DNA of 62,887 nucleotides, counting the filler, from Sphacelaria rigidula (Eukaryota), in the NCBI GenBank assembly GCA_964200075.2. It is 6 parts of 6 records of this genome, joined end to end, with 100 filler letters (N's around TTAATTAATTAA, not from the genome) between each part and the next. Parts side by side here need not be neighbours in the genome. Positions count along the whole stretch, not along the records: positions 1 to 10,398 come from CAXNAA020006575.1; positions 10,499 to 20,896 come from CAXNAA020006576.1; 4 more parts are not named here. One strand, 5' to 3'. The notes under the pieces are model-generated. The model was not told where the DNA came from. It did no database searches and saw only the letters and a list, made by a program, of their open reading frames with translations. The position numbers and the translations under genes are program-made. This document shows, piece by piece, positions 1 to 10,986 of this stretch. Numbering within the stretch: the first letter of the stretch is position 1; the number at the start of each line of letters is the position of its first letter.

Positions 1-188
1 CTCTCTTTTGGGGCGTAAAACGACGTAAAAACTCCAAAAATACATTTTTCCGGGTTTATATTTTTGTCTATTGTAAGAAGCGGCCTTAGAGAGCGCCCAC
101 ACGAAATTTCAATACACGAAAACCAAACGTGGGCCGGTTAGTGGCCTTCGAAATACTGTCCCGAATTTCTACCGATCCGGTTCTTCAA

Positions 189-466
189 AGGCCCATGCTC
201 AGCCCAATATTTAGAGTTGGAGCGTAAAATTTGGTATGGACAATGCATAGGGCATGAAAAACCAATTACGTCGGTACCGAAAGGTTTTTCTTGTTTTTTT
301 CATGAGTTAAGAGCAATAATCAGTTTTCAGGTATCAGTAAAATGCCCGTAACTCATGAAAACAAAAAAACCTTTTGGTACCGACGTAATTTGTTTTTTCA
401 TGCCCCATGCACAGTCTATACCAAATTTTACGCTCGAATTTTGAATATTGGGCTGAGCATGGGCCT
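189..466. repeat. Imperfect ~130-bp inverted repeat (arms ~189-317 and ~341-466), probably DNA-transposon termini or a foldback element
   Basis: aggcccatgctcagcccaatatt...tacgtcggtacc...catgagtta is mirrored by taactcatg...ggtaccgacgta...aatattgggctgagcatgggcct. Confidence 0.75.
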
Positions 467-1728
467 GCAAACTTCAAATCCGCCTCTAGGCTGGCCCAGC
501 TCGTAGCAATTTCGAGTTCCATTGAAGAGTAGTACGCAAGGAAAACCCCCAAACACCCATGGATAGTCAGACCGCACATTACTGTACATGAAATCAGCAC
601 GTTGCGGTGTTCAAGGCTTGATATATGCGAGGGGTGAGGTCTTTGTCCAACCTTTCAAATACCAATTAATTGTTTCGTCAACAGATGCTGGTGCAAAATT
701 TTGAGAGTAAATCTAGGCGATAGGTTATCACTTGACCGGATTCCGATGCGGCATTGCCAATACAGTACAACACAGAGTATACAGCACAGTACCGTATGAG
801 TAGGGCATGGCTGGGCAGATTCATGGAGTACCTGGGAATCGAGATATCACCCAGGTGCTATTCTGCGTACATGGTTGGTAAGTTGAAGCTCGGAGCACGT
901 TTCCAGGGACACACAGCGGGTGCATCATGCACAAAGCACACAACACGATTGAAGGATGATACGAGGGTATCATCTTGTGTGCTTCACTGCTATCAGAAAA
1001 GTGTACGGGGAACACTGTGGCCACCGTTTGTCGGGTGTACTGAGCACAGGCACCCGTGCCGTACGGTGAGCATCATTGGTCGAGGGTGTTGCAGTGCATT
1101 GCCTAGAGTACATTAGACTTCAGACGACTAAAGTTCATGTTGCATCACAATGCCCACCTTATATGCAAAGTGCCCGCCCGTCTAGCTTTGCTTACCACGC
1201 CACTCACTCCTTCTACACCTGTACCTTGCTCACAGTACAGTACACTGTACCGTACATGAAGTGAAGAATCCGGCGGAGTATTATCCGAGCAACATCTCAT
1301 TGAAAACAAATATCCCGCTCGGGAAGACCTTGCTTCAATCATCGAAGACCTCAACATCGATTGCGGCGGTTACAGCCTTCCACAATTGCGCCGCATACTG
1401 TTTTCGACCGCCCAAAGATTTTGGATATATCGCCGCCTCTTCGTTGTCCTAGTGTCCAAGAAAAACGGCTGAGCCCTTGTTAGTACCTTGCCTCTTCCGT
1501 CTCTTTCTCTCCTTGCCTGTCTCTCTCGCAAACTACATATCGCTGTTCCTGCCTCTGTACCGGTTTCGCGGTCTGTTTAGCCATCCCGCAGGCGTACAGT
1601 GTCCAAACACCCGTCAACTTTGTTGTTACGTGAAGCTCGCTGCCCAGCAGTAGCAGCTTTTCGGCTACGAGTCCTGAGCCATACCCCCGAACTCACACCC
1701 ATCTATCACCATCAAACACTAGTAAACC

Positions 1729-1916
1729 ATGGTGTTCTCGACAATGAAGGCGCTGCTTCTAGCTTCTCTGGTGGCTTCTACGGCCGTGGCGTACTGTCCC
1801 AACTCGTGCAGCGGACACGGGTCTTGCGGGACCGATGACCAATGCACGTGCTATCTGCGCCCGAACGGCGACGTCGCCTGGACGGGTGCCGACTGTTCTC
1901 TCCGGACCTGTCCCAA
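1729..1916 (+). CDS. SIG3: Exon 1 of a secreted cysteine-rich EGF-like repeat protein (SIG3/tubular mastigoneme protein family of stramenopiles); gene 1729-8699, ~213 aa
   Basis: ATG followed by a signal-peptide-like stretch ([16 protein letters not shown]) and [11 protein letters not shown]...CTC...[12 protein letters not shown]. Donor AA|GTGAGT at 1917. Joins exon 2 in frame (AA+A = Lys). Symbol is by family resemblance only. Confidence 0.85.
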
Positions 1917-2723
1917 GTGAGTTTAGTTATTGGTTATTTCGCGTTCGGGGAGAGCACCTGCTGCATCAGCAGTTGAGTTCATGATGTAAAAAACCCGAAG
2001 TGCTTGGAAAACGGTATTGCCGACGAAATTATGATTGCCCTTCGTTTTAACGCGCAACTCTCATCCCTACCCTATCCTACTACTGCTGATACGGAATCCC
2101 CAACCATCAACCTCTCTTGTAGCCTAGACTTCTTGCCCTGAATATTAACCATACGAAATCTCGAACCCAGCAAGAAGCCTTAGACTCGGAACTGCAGTAT
2201 ATCCACCTGGCCTCCACCCTGACTACAAAAAAACTTGGCCTTTAAACCCCAAGCCCCCGGAACGAGAGATACAAGTAATCAACCACGTCCTCTTTTGTTA
2301 GTAACGCATGGGCAACGCCAATCGTAGTTTTTTTCATCTGGAATGTGCGCCAAAAAGTGTAATAATTTGTCGAACCTGCATTTCTCTTGTGTAGCTCTTC
2401 CTATTAATAGCGGTCCTGGACCCCATTATCATGATGCCGGACCTCAGTATAATGGTGCCAAATGTCAGGGGAGATCATATTAATAATTATGATATCAGAA
2501 GGAGTGAAAGGACGCGGAACTTCACTTGTTCAAAATCATGAGTGATTTCTCTGACAATTGCGAGACCCAGAGCTCACTAAGAAACAATACAATGAACATA
2601 CAGATGCTACAAATAATCGCATGTTTTCGCGAATAATCATTAGCATTATTCTGTTTCAGAGGTCTATGACGGTAGGTGGCTAAATGCATGCGTACCTTTG
2701 TGAATTATTTTATTCATAAACAG

Positions 2724-2970
2724 AGGAGCTGCATGGGCAATGGCAGCAATCGCCGCAAACAACGCCCACCCAGAAGTAGAATGCTCGGCCAAGGGGATCT
2801 GCGACCGCACCACCGGTATCTGCGGGTGCTTCGAGAACTATGAGGGTGTGGCGTGCGAGCGTACCATTTGCCCCAACGACTGCTCCGGCAACGGGTTCTG
2901 CTTCACCGAAAAGCAGCTCGCGGCTGATGCAGGGACATCTTACATGACTCCCTGGGACGCGGAGAAACAG
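2724..2970 (+). CDS. SIG3: Exon 2 of the SIG3/mastigoneme-like EGF protein
   Basis: Acceptor aaacag|A at 2724. Encodes GAAW...[46 protein letters not shown]...PWDAEKQ. Donor CAG|GTGGGG at 2971 (phase 0). Confidence 0.88.
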
Positions 2971-4142
2971 GTGGGGTTGATTGGGTTAACTCTTAGACAG
3001 CGAGCCTCGCCTCGGAACAGTTTCACAGGCTGACAATCCGGGGACATCCGGGGGTTTCCAGGGGGCTGGCAGAGGTAGTTTGGAACAAGGGTGTGGGAAC
3101 CTGTTCGTAGAACAGCCGAAAACCTCACCAAGTCAATCATGTGTGTTTGGAAGTTTCCCACGGAAAATGTGAAGCCAGGAACGAGGCCCGAGAGGGGCGT
3201 CCTGGCTCTTCTGCCCAATCTCGGCCATCAAAATGGCCACTTTGATCCCCTACAGGTAGACAGCAGGTGGACTACTGCGCTGTCTAGCCGTATATCTCAA
3301 TGTAATCATGACAATTCAAGCATGCATTACATGGGCATAAATATCGTGTATTTATTCTGCTCGTGGTCTATGTCGCTTGCCTGACCCCTGATGCATTGCC
3401 ATCAAAGCTTCACACTGTCTGTTGTGTTGTTGTGGAACACTAAGCAGAGACATCAGCAGGACACAGTTTACTGTATTTAGTGGAGAGCGATGGTATACTG
3501 ACTTCCTCTTGTACCCAGCAGAGACATAGATTCAGAATCTTAGTGACTCTGCACGCAACAGGGTACAGGGTCAACACGGTCAGGGGTCCTCGTGGACCAT
3601 TTTCTATATAGATACCCGACATCCACATGTTTACGAAAAAAGGCGTTTTGTGTAGCGAGAAGAGAGCTGTTCTGGATCCCAAACGTGGCATGGTCCATCT
3701 CAGTCCACCTGCAGGGGGGTCGCTGCATGAGGGTTGAATTCGATCGGTTGGTTAACCTACTTTTTACTTATATATTGAGATATGTTTTCATGCGCGAATC
3801 GAGCGGTATGATGTTCTGCACCGTTTTTTACTTAGCTCGATATCTTCTGATGAAGTAGCTTGAGCTCTATCATTGCATAAGAGGTTCGTGGCCGTAGTTT
3901 TTTCACCGGAGTGAGATTTCGAGAGAAAATTATGTATTGTACTGGTGGTGTACTAACAGTAAGGAAAATACTGATGTTACGAATAGGTGCTGATACCGAC
4001 AATCATTCATTTACCTGGCGTCATCTAACCGTACTCGAAAGGTCAACCACATGCAAGGCCTCACCCCTGTGCGACCACGCAGGGAAGAACAGGTGTGAAT
4101 ACATTTACTGAGCATGCACGTATTTTGCTAACCATCCGAGCC

Positions 4143-4771
4143 GGTCGGCCCGATGGCTCAGTTGGTAACTTCGAAACCTTTCGACGGTTGGGTCGAGGGT
4201 TCGAATCTCAGAGTGATCTGGGATTTTTCATCACACAATGCCCAGTGAAGAGCGACTATGACAAAATTCGACTCAGCGGTCGACGAGGGAAAGGAACTAC
4301 TGAACCCCTCTGCTGCAACCCTTTCACGATAAAACAAAAGGCAACACGGTTCGGACGAATCATGGCCGGGTCAAATCACTAAATCCACGATTTCTCAGGC
4401 CTGATTGCTCGAAAGGGAGAAAAAGGTCGACTGCTGGTCGAACAGGTCTCCACGCAATTTTTGCGCCATTTCGCGTGCCTGGGCTGCGCGTACCTGGGTT
4501 GCAGCGCTGAAAACAAAGCCTAAGGATTGATTCGTACAGTACGAATCAATCACACTAGAATCAAGTAATTTCCGGACGAATCATCAACTCGTCCAACCCT
4601 TGAAAGGCAAGCACCGCAGAAGGAAGGTGGAAAACTAAAAACAAATAAACAAGAAAAAAACTCCTGTGTTGGTCTTCCTCCTGTGTGACCCCGGCTGGTG
4701 CGCCCACATATACCGAAAGGTGTAGACCGACGTCCAAACAAAGATGGAATGACAACACACACACGCACGCA
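4143..4771 (+). mobile_element. tRNA-derived SINE family A, copy 1 (interrupted by a hAT MITE)
   Basis: A box TGGCTCAGTTGG and B box GGTTCGAATCT. Body (gtcgacgagggaaagg...gcaagcaccgcagaaggaaggtgg...cctcctgtgtgacc...gcgcccaca.ataccgaaa) and (CA)n tail are shared with copies at 21719, 44535 and 20997. Confidence 0.8.
4345..4602. mobile_element. hAT-type MITE (258 bp) inserted in SINE A
   Basis: Perfect 8-bp TSD AAAGGCAA (4337-4344, 4603-4610). Imperfect TIRs CACGGTTCGGACGA / TCGTCCAACCCTTG (11/14). Removing it restores the SINE consensus. Confidence 0.8.
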
Positions 4772-5055
4772 CAGATCTGATGGGCATTTTTTCAGATAGT
4801 GATTCGAGCGATATAGCAAATCGCCCCCTATGGAGTTGGCGTCGGTCGACCACGACGCTGTAAAGCACGCCACCCATGCGTAAGCTAGGCAGCCAGGTTA
4901 AGGGCGTTTTTTGCGCGCTTGCGTTTTTTTTGCGGCAACCATGATGGTGGTCGAGCTAGATCATATTGTGCGGGGTGAGGGAATCTCGAATCCGTGCAAA
5001 GGAGATGATCCTACTACGTGGTGTTGAAATGGTGAGACACCCATGAGGCTGTGTG

Positions 5056-5183
5056 GAACCCGTGGCTGTCTCTGGAAGTGGCGATACCACAAAATGAAGG
5101 AACTCATTGGAGGCTGTCATCCAAAGGCAAGGCAATCGGTAGGCTTCGGGCGACTCAATCTTAGCACGATGCAGCTCACCCTC
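5056..5183 (+). repeat. Dispersed repeat; an inverted copy lies at ~59497-59624
   Basis: gaacccgtgg.tgtct.tggaagtggcgata..acaaaatgaag.aactcatt.gaggctgtcatccaaa.gcaag...gatgcagctcaccc matches the reverse complement of 59497-59624. Confidence 0.75.
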
Positions 5184-5510
5184 TGTGCGACTCGCCGAAC
5201 ACACCGCGGCGCCTCGCGCTTGGTGGTTTTATTGCGAGCCTGCCCGGCGTGCTCAGTTTCAGCTTTGTAGGAATGCGAGGTCAATGGGCATATGACTCCG
5301 GCACGCAAGATCATGGGTACACCCCTCCAAACCAGCCGCAGATTGTCACGAAGAAAATTGCCATTCCGCGTATTATTGCTGGTTTCAGACTGCATAAAGA
5401 ACCTCATGTGGGCGGCCCTGGCGGAAATGATCCCAAGGGTGGAAGTTCCCAGCCGCTCGGTGAGCCCGACTTCTGTCAGTTTAATTAACATATTGATCTT
5501 TTCTCCTTAA

Positions 5511-5649
5511 CCCTTCGGAAACTAAAGTGCTGATTTTTGTTTTGTGAATCTGTGTGAATGGGCATCATTTCGACTTGAAAATGACTGAAAATGATGCCGG
5601 TTTACCAAAACAAAAATCAGCACTCCCTGGGGGTCTAGTTCCCAAAAGG
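5511..5649. mobile_element. piggyBac-type MITE (139 bp)
   Basis: TTAA on both sides (5507-5510, 5650-5653). Termini CCCTTCGGAAACTA / TAGTTCCCAAAAGG, plus the internal inverted repeat agtgctgatttttgttttg / caaaacaaaaatcagcact. Confidence 0.8.
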
Positions 5650-6344
5650 TTAAGCTGTCAACTTTTCAGGGGGGACTATCGCGACATAAGCGATCGGCTG
5701 ATGCGGTGACTAAAATGTCTCCTTGATTTAGGCCTACGGACGTTCGGTTTTACCTCTCAGGCCTTGGGATAGCAGAGACACAGATTGAACACCAGAAAAA
5801 TTGGTTCGACGTTTGGCTTGCTCCATTGGACTGATATGTGTAAACGCTTGTAATCATTTTCTCCAGGATTCTGTATTCATATTCATACCAAACAATAGCC
5901 GGATCCATACGACTACGACTTGGCGAAGAGAACCATTAAGCGCATCTATGTCCTACAGATTTGCGGAACCATCAGGCGACCTGAAAGCATTGGTTGTCCA
6001 CCTTTTCCCAGCATCGCCGGTACGATTACCGTATGTTACTGTAAATATCACCCGCGTGTTGTACACCGCCCTCCGCGAACCACTACTACTACGGTTCCAG
6101 CAGTGAATATCTACGTTATTGTATCGGGGTATGTAATGTACCACCATTTCCTGAATGTCATCCCCAGGAGGTGGCTTTTTAGTCGTCGCCACGTATCCCT
6201 GGAAGGCTGTACGCATCATAACCCACGGTGCTTTGTTTACTTAGATGGTTCTGCTAGGATACCGCGTCGCCGTGTGCGCATCGGTGGAATCGATGGGCGG
6301 GTAAGTAGGCTTGCACAGGGACACAGCCATTTCTTATTCCTAGC

Positions 6345-6484
6345 ACTACTTCTACTACTATACTAGTACTACTAGTACTACTAGTACTACTACTACTACT
6401 TCTAGTAGTTATACCACTAGTACTAGTACTAGTACTGCTGCTGCTGCTACTACTAGCACTCCTACTACTAGCACTCCTACTCTA
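6345..6484. repeat. (TAC/TAG)n low-complexity microsatellite
   Basis: Directly visible tactactagtactactag... array. Confidence 0.9.
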
Positions 6485-6856
6485 CGGAGAACATTCTGCA
6501 CTGCAAATTCCGGGACGAAGTTGTTGCAACAACCTTTTTCACCGCATAAGAAGAACCCAATGTACTGTTAGTCGTGTACAGTGCGATTTCATTTTTGTTT
6601 CTATATTCATTAATCGTCATGACATCGGCCAGAACGCTGCCACCGATCACTGTTCAAACAGGCTTCATATCCTTTAGAAAGATCCGGACGTTGAAGAGTC
6701 AGGTCCGTGTATCACTCCATCACTGTTGCTGCCAGCCTAACAACACCGTAATCGTCCCGCGATAATGCTGCTGTTTCATCAAGGCGTTCGTCTCGTATAG
6801 TCTTGGAGAAAACACGCCCCCCTTTGCCTGCAGTTCGAACGGCATCGCTCAGGGCC

Positions 6857-6950
6857 GGGGGCGTCCTCCTTTGTTGCTTACCTTAGTCGTTTGACTATTG
6901 ACCACGCATCCCTTTCGAGACGGGCTGGGGGGTACGGGAAGGAAGGGCGT
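6857..6950 (+). repeat. G-tract-bounded ~60-bp micro-repeat (other copies at 10335-10398 -, 20864-20896, 31322-31394, 59270-59345)
   Basis: Core ttgctt.ccttagtcgtttgac.attgaccacgcatccctttcgagacgg flanked by G-rich runs. Confidence 0.8.
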
Positions 6951-7404
6951 GTAGGTGGTCTGCCCAAGAGTAGACAACCATCGACCAAGTGAACAACACA
7001 CATCAAGTATTAGTAGTTGTGGTAAGATAGTCTTTCAGGCGCCGACTTGTTTATGATCACACGTAGCGCGAATTCCTCAAGCGGACAAAATACTTGGGGG
7101 CGCGTTCTCACCCCACTCACCTCTGTTTTTGTGCATAGCACTTAATCCCCTGAGGCTATGGATTCGTCTCGAGGAAGGGTAGGGGTTAAACGTGAGGTTA
7201 CGGAGCGGTCGTCTCGACGAAGGGTACGGGCTACACGTCTGTAAAAAAGATAAAGTCGCGTGAAACAAACGAATAGACGAGCAGACAGGTGGTGCATGTT
7301 TCAATTGCGGACACCTGGTCGGCTTTTTCCGTGTCACCGACTGGTCCATCTCTGTACAGCACGAGTATCTACTGAGACGGTTCGGAACGAAAACACACAG
7401 GCGC

Positions 7405-7429
7405 ATGCACACGCACACGCACACGCGCG

Positions 7430-7504
<75 letters not shown>
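7405..7504. repeat. (CA)n/(CG) microsatellite
   Basis: Directly visible. Confidence 0.95.
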
Positions 7505-7506
<2 letters not shown>

Positions 7507-7780
7507 GAGTACGACCGACACGGTAAGTTACTGCTTTTCCGAAGTTTTCTCTGCGGGACCTTCAGATGAGGCTGAGGCTGGCCCCACTTGTTTTCTCTTC
7601 GGTGCCGCAAACCATAAACCCATCAGTGGCCGGTCTGTAAGCACAGTGTCGAGCGCTTCCTCAGTGGCCTTGTTGGCTGCTGCCAACAAGAAAATGACGA
7701 CATACCGAAAGCACAACGAAACAACAAACACATGTCAAAACCACGCCTGCCTACGATGCGAATACGTACGTAGGTACATC

Positions 7781-8075
7781 GTGAGGAAACATATATTTCA
7801 CACATCGGACAGCTCATGAGCTACCGAAAATAGCAAATCGAAGGGGACTCTCAGATTGCTCATCCAAAAACACGAATGACGTGACAGCAGGGCCCGAGAA
7901 GCCAAAGCGCTATTTTTGCGCTTCTCCGCGTGCTCGGTGTCCAGCGCTGTAGGGAGAAAATACGGAAAAAGCGATCACATGAGCTAGTTCGTGATCCGGA
8001 TCAGTACACTAATAAGAAGTAATATTTAGGTAGCTCATGAGCTGTCCGACGTGTCATATATTTTTTCTTGCGTCA
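7781..8075. mobile_element. MITE with ~50-bp imperfect TIRs
   Basis: atatatt..cacatcggacagctcatgagctacc.aaaata mirrors tatttaggtagctcatgagctgtccgacgtgtcatatat. TSD not resolved. Confidence 0.6.
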
Positions 8076-8492
8076 CCCAAAACGTCGCACACAGCGAGAA
8101 TGAAATCCTTCGGTTCCCACTTGCAATAACTATATTACGATCTTGCTTATTCTTCCATCCCTCTCTTGCGAACGCTTGTTTTTTTTCCAGCGGCCGCAGC
8201 AGATCATCTCGTTTTTCACTCTTCGGCGTCTTGTTCTTCTTCTGCTACTCTTTTGCTCGTTCAATCATCGTAAAACCACTCTGTTGACACATACGCCAGC
8301 TTTCGACCACCTTCACCACCAGCACTACTACTACTACTACCATTAGAAGATCCTTCTCTTTCTACGGTTTGTATACTCAGTAGTTGCATCGTGTCACCTC
8401 ATCATTATCATCACTATCACCTACAACAGCAATATATATATCATCACCATAATCTTCAAATACACCTGCTAAACATTTACCGAACCGATCAG

Positions 8493-8699
8493 GTGGGGTG
8501 CAAGTGCGACGCCGGGTTCCGTGGGCCCGACTGCTCCCTCCAAGAATGTCCCTCCGGGACTGACGTGATGGGCGGGGATGGCGCCATGCAGGGACGAGAC
8601 TGCTCCGGCCGCGGCATCTGTGACTACACGATGGGTCTCTGCTCGTGCTTCATGGGCTTCTACGGCAGCAAGTGCGAGTATCAGACGATCCTCTCGTGA
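8493..8699 (+). CDS. SIG3: Exon 3 (terminal) of the SIG3/mastigoneme-like EGF protein
   Basis: Acceptor atcag|GTG. Encodes [23 protein letters not shown]...[34 protein letters not shown], completing the WDAxKxxGCxCD motif across the intron. Confidence 0.88.
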   Translation: MGCKCDAGFRGPDCSLQECPSGTDVMGGDGAMQGRDCSGRGICDYTMGLCSCFMGFYGSKCEYQTILS

Positions 8700-9782
8700 A
8701 ACCAACCCTGGGAGACATGGAACTCGCGTAGGTTGTGCTTTCCCCCTATTTTCTCAGGGGAATGCTTTTTTTGGGGAGAATTAGGCGAATCATGGAGAGG
8801 GGTCATGCTTGTTGTGGTCCACCTGGGCTGATTGAACTAGGAGATGGAGTGGAAGCGGGGTGACGGGGGGGGGGAGCGGGGGGCATCCAGGATAACATCA
8901 CATCATGGGTGACCAAAAGCCCGGGTCCGATTCTTAAAATGGTTACTCGATCATAGAGAACCGTGCTACCTAGTAGATAGCCCCCCACCTCCAAGAGCTT
9001 CACTTGGGTGTATTGCCGGGGTTCCCTCTCGGGCATCACCTCAGCTGACCCCGAAACACTTGGGGGCTTGAATTCGGTGTGCTTTGTTCCTTATTATAAA
9101 GCGGCTCCCCGCGATGAATCAGCTGTTCTTCCTGTTTCTGAGGAAAAGCGCGCAAATGATCCCAACACTCTTGCTCGCTGTTTGTCCCCCCCTCCCACGG
9201 ATTGGATAAAAGTGTACTGAGGTGGAGCAAAAAGACAGAATCGTCGGGAATAGTGTTGGAGTCAAAGATTGTCGGGGGCAATGCTAGAGTAGGGGGAAAC
9301 ATGGGAAGCTATATATATATATACATACATGAGGTATAGCGGGGAGGGGGGGGGGGGTTAATTGACTCAAACCAGAAAGTTGTACAGCTAAACATTGTAT
9401 TTTTCAATTTTAGGAGGGATATTGCTTGTTAGTGGGGGGGGGGAGAATAGGTTGGGTGAAAGTTAGAAGCTGCGCCTGCTGCTGCTGCAAAGATGTTATT
9501 TATTTCGTGCTTATTGTTTTTTTACTTCTTTAGTTTCTTACATTCTTCTTTGGCGCGCGCGGGGGGTGGGGGGGGGTTCTCCGTTGTTGTTTTTTCCCCC
9601 GTCCCTCGTCGAGCTCATCCGCGGTACAATGCTGAATCTGTCACAACACGTGCTCATATTTTTGTATATACATCAATAATAGCGGAGTACTTTGCAGTGC
9701 AATCGATTATTTTGATGTAAATCGATCCGAGAGTGTGATGTCTGTTCATTTTTCAACACGCAACGTACTTTGGGTTTTCAGC

Positions 9783-10101
9783 TTATATCAAGTGTCGACT
9801 AGCTGGCTGGTGGTCGTGACATCCCTTCCTGTGCTTTCTCAGTTTGAGTAGCGAACGAACTGTCATCACCGCTATTAGTGGTCGTAGCATTGCATGGGGA
9901 TGATTTGCTAGCTCTATCAGGGTCTCGAGCCCGCACACGTGGCTGTCCATAAAGTTGTCAATGCGGCGGAGGCTCCCCTCGTTGTAGCAATAGTAGTACT
10001 CATAGCAGCGTAAAGGGAAACGCGCAAGCACAGGGCCACACAGCGCGTACACAACGTGAGCCAGGTTCTCGGAAACAACATGCGGGTAGAGACAGTTGCT
10101 C
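9783..10101 (-). CDS. Probable terminal exon of an unidentified gene, convergent with the SIG-like gene
   Basis: Acceptor cgaaacag|G at 10101 opens a 105-codon frame (SNCLYPHVVSENLAHVVYALCGPVLARFPLRCYEYYYCYNEGSLRRIDNFMDSHVCGLETLIELAN...*) with protein-like composition. No family recognised; upstream exons would lie beyond the contig end. Confidence 0.4.
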
Positions 10102-10398
10102 CTGTTTCGGAGGTTTCAGGCGGCAACTGGATGAATGAAGGGCATCCTTTTTTTTGTTTTATTTTCTGCAATGCCGGCTGAACTAACTACTCAACAGAGT
10201 CATGCTTCAGCCCTTGAAAGGTTCATGCATCACCAGCAGCCAGCAGCAACAGCAGGAGGAGGAGACATAATCGCAGCAGTCACTGATCGCTACTATACGT
10301 ATGTCGCTACTATGCGTATGTCTGTCCCAAGGCACCCCCTCCCCCCCTCCCGCGCGCCCCCGTCTCGAAAGGGATGCGTGGTCAATGGTCAAACGACT

Positions 10399-10498
10399 NN
10401 NNNNNNNNNNNNNNNNNNNNNNNNNNNNNNNNNNNNNNNNNNTTAATTAATTAANNNNNNNNNNNNNNNNNNNNNNNNNNNNNNNNNNNNNNNNNNNN
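10399..10498. other. Artificial 100-bp contig spacer (N44-TTAATTAATTAA-N44)
   Basis: Stop-in-all-frames linker, repeated every 10,498 bp. Confidence 0.97.
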
Positions 10499-10986
10499 TG
10501 CACGTTCTGCTCTCTGCATGCTTAGCAGCCGATCGACCAAAAAGCTGATTTTGGAGGATGACACATACGCGCTTACTCGCAGTGCTGTAAGACTACGTAA
10601 TCGGATGCTTGAGACACATACAATAGCTCAAACAAAGCGTCGTGCTCTTGTGCACACGCAGAAAAAAACAGAACGGAAAACGGATAATATTTCGCGGAGA
10701 TATGAACGATTAAAACAATTTGTATCTTAATTGGCTCTGTATCTTGATTGGCTCTGTATCTTAATTGGTACATTTCCCTCTAAGATGTACTACAGTACCC
10801 CCGAAAACTATTTTACATGTTCAATTCCGATGATGTTCACCAGATACCCCCACAGTTATCACGAATCCCATCTGAGGGGGAAGGTGCCAGCGCTTTCCGT
10901 TGCTGCATCAGATCCCGTTTGGGACCGTCAGAAGGGATATTCAAACAGCAGCTCCCGCGGATTCTAAATTAAGAAGAATTTCCCAA

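Noticed and set aside
4146-4220. tRNA gene
   Set aside because: A and B boxes are present but there is no canonical anticodon arm, and it continues into a repeated body and tail, so it is a SINE head. The same applies to 21719, 44535 and 55670-55748.
7077-7610. 177-aa ORF and the antisense His/Thr-rich ORF
   Set aside because: The frames are held open by the (CA)n microsatellite.
10443-10454. TTAATTAATTAA as a biological motif
   Set aside because: Embedded in fixed-length N runs at exact periodicity; an assembly linker.
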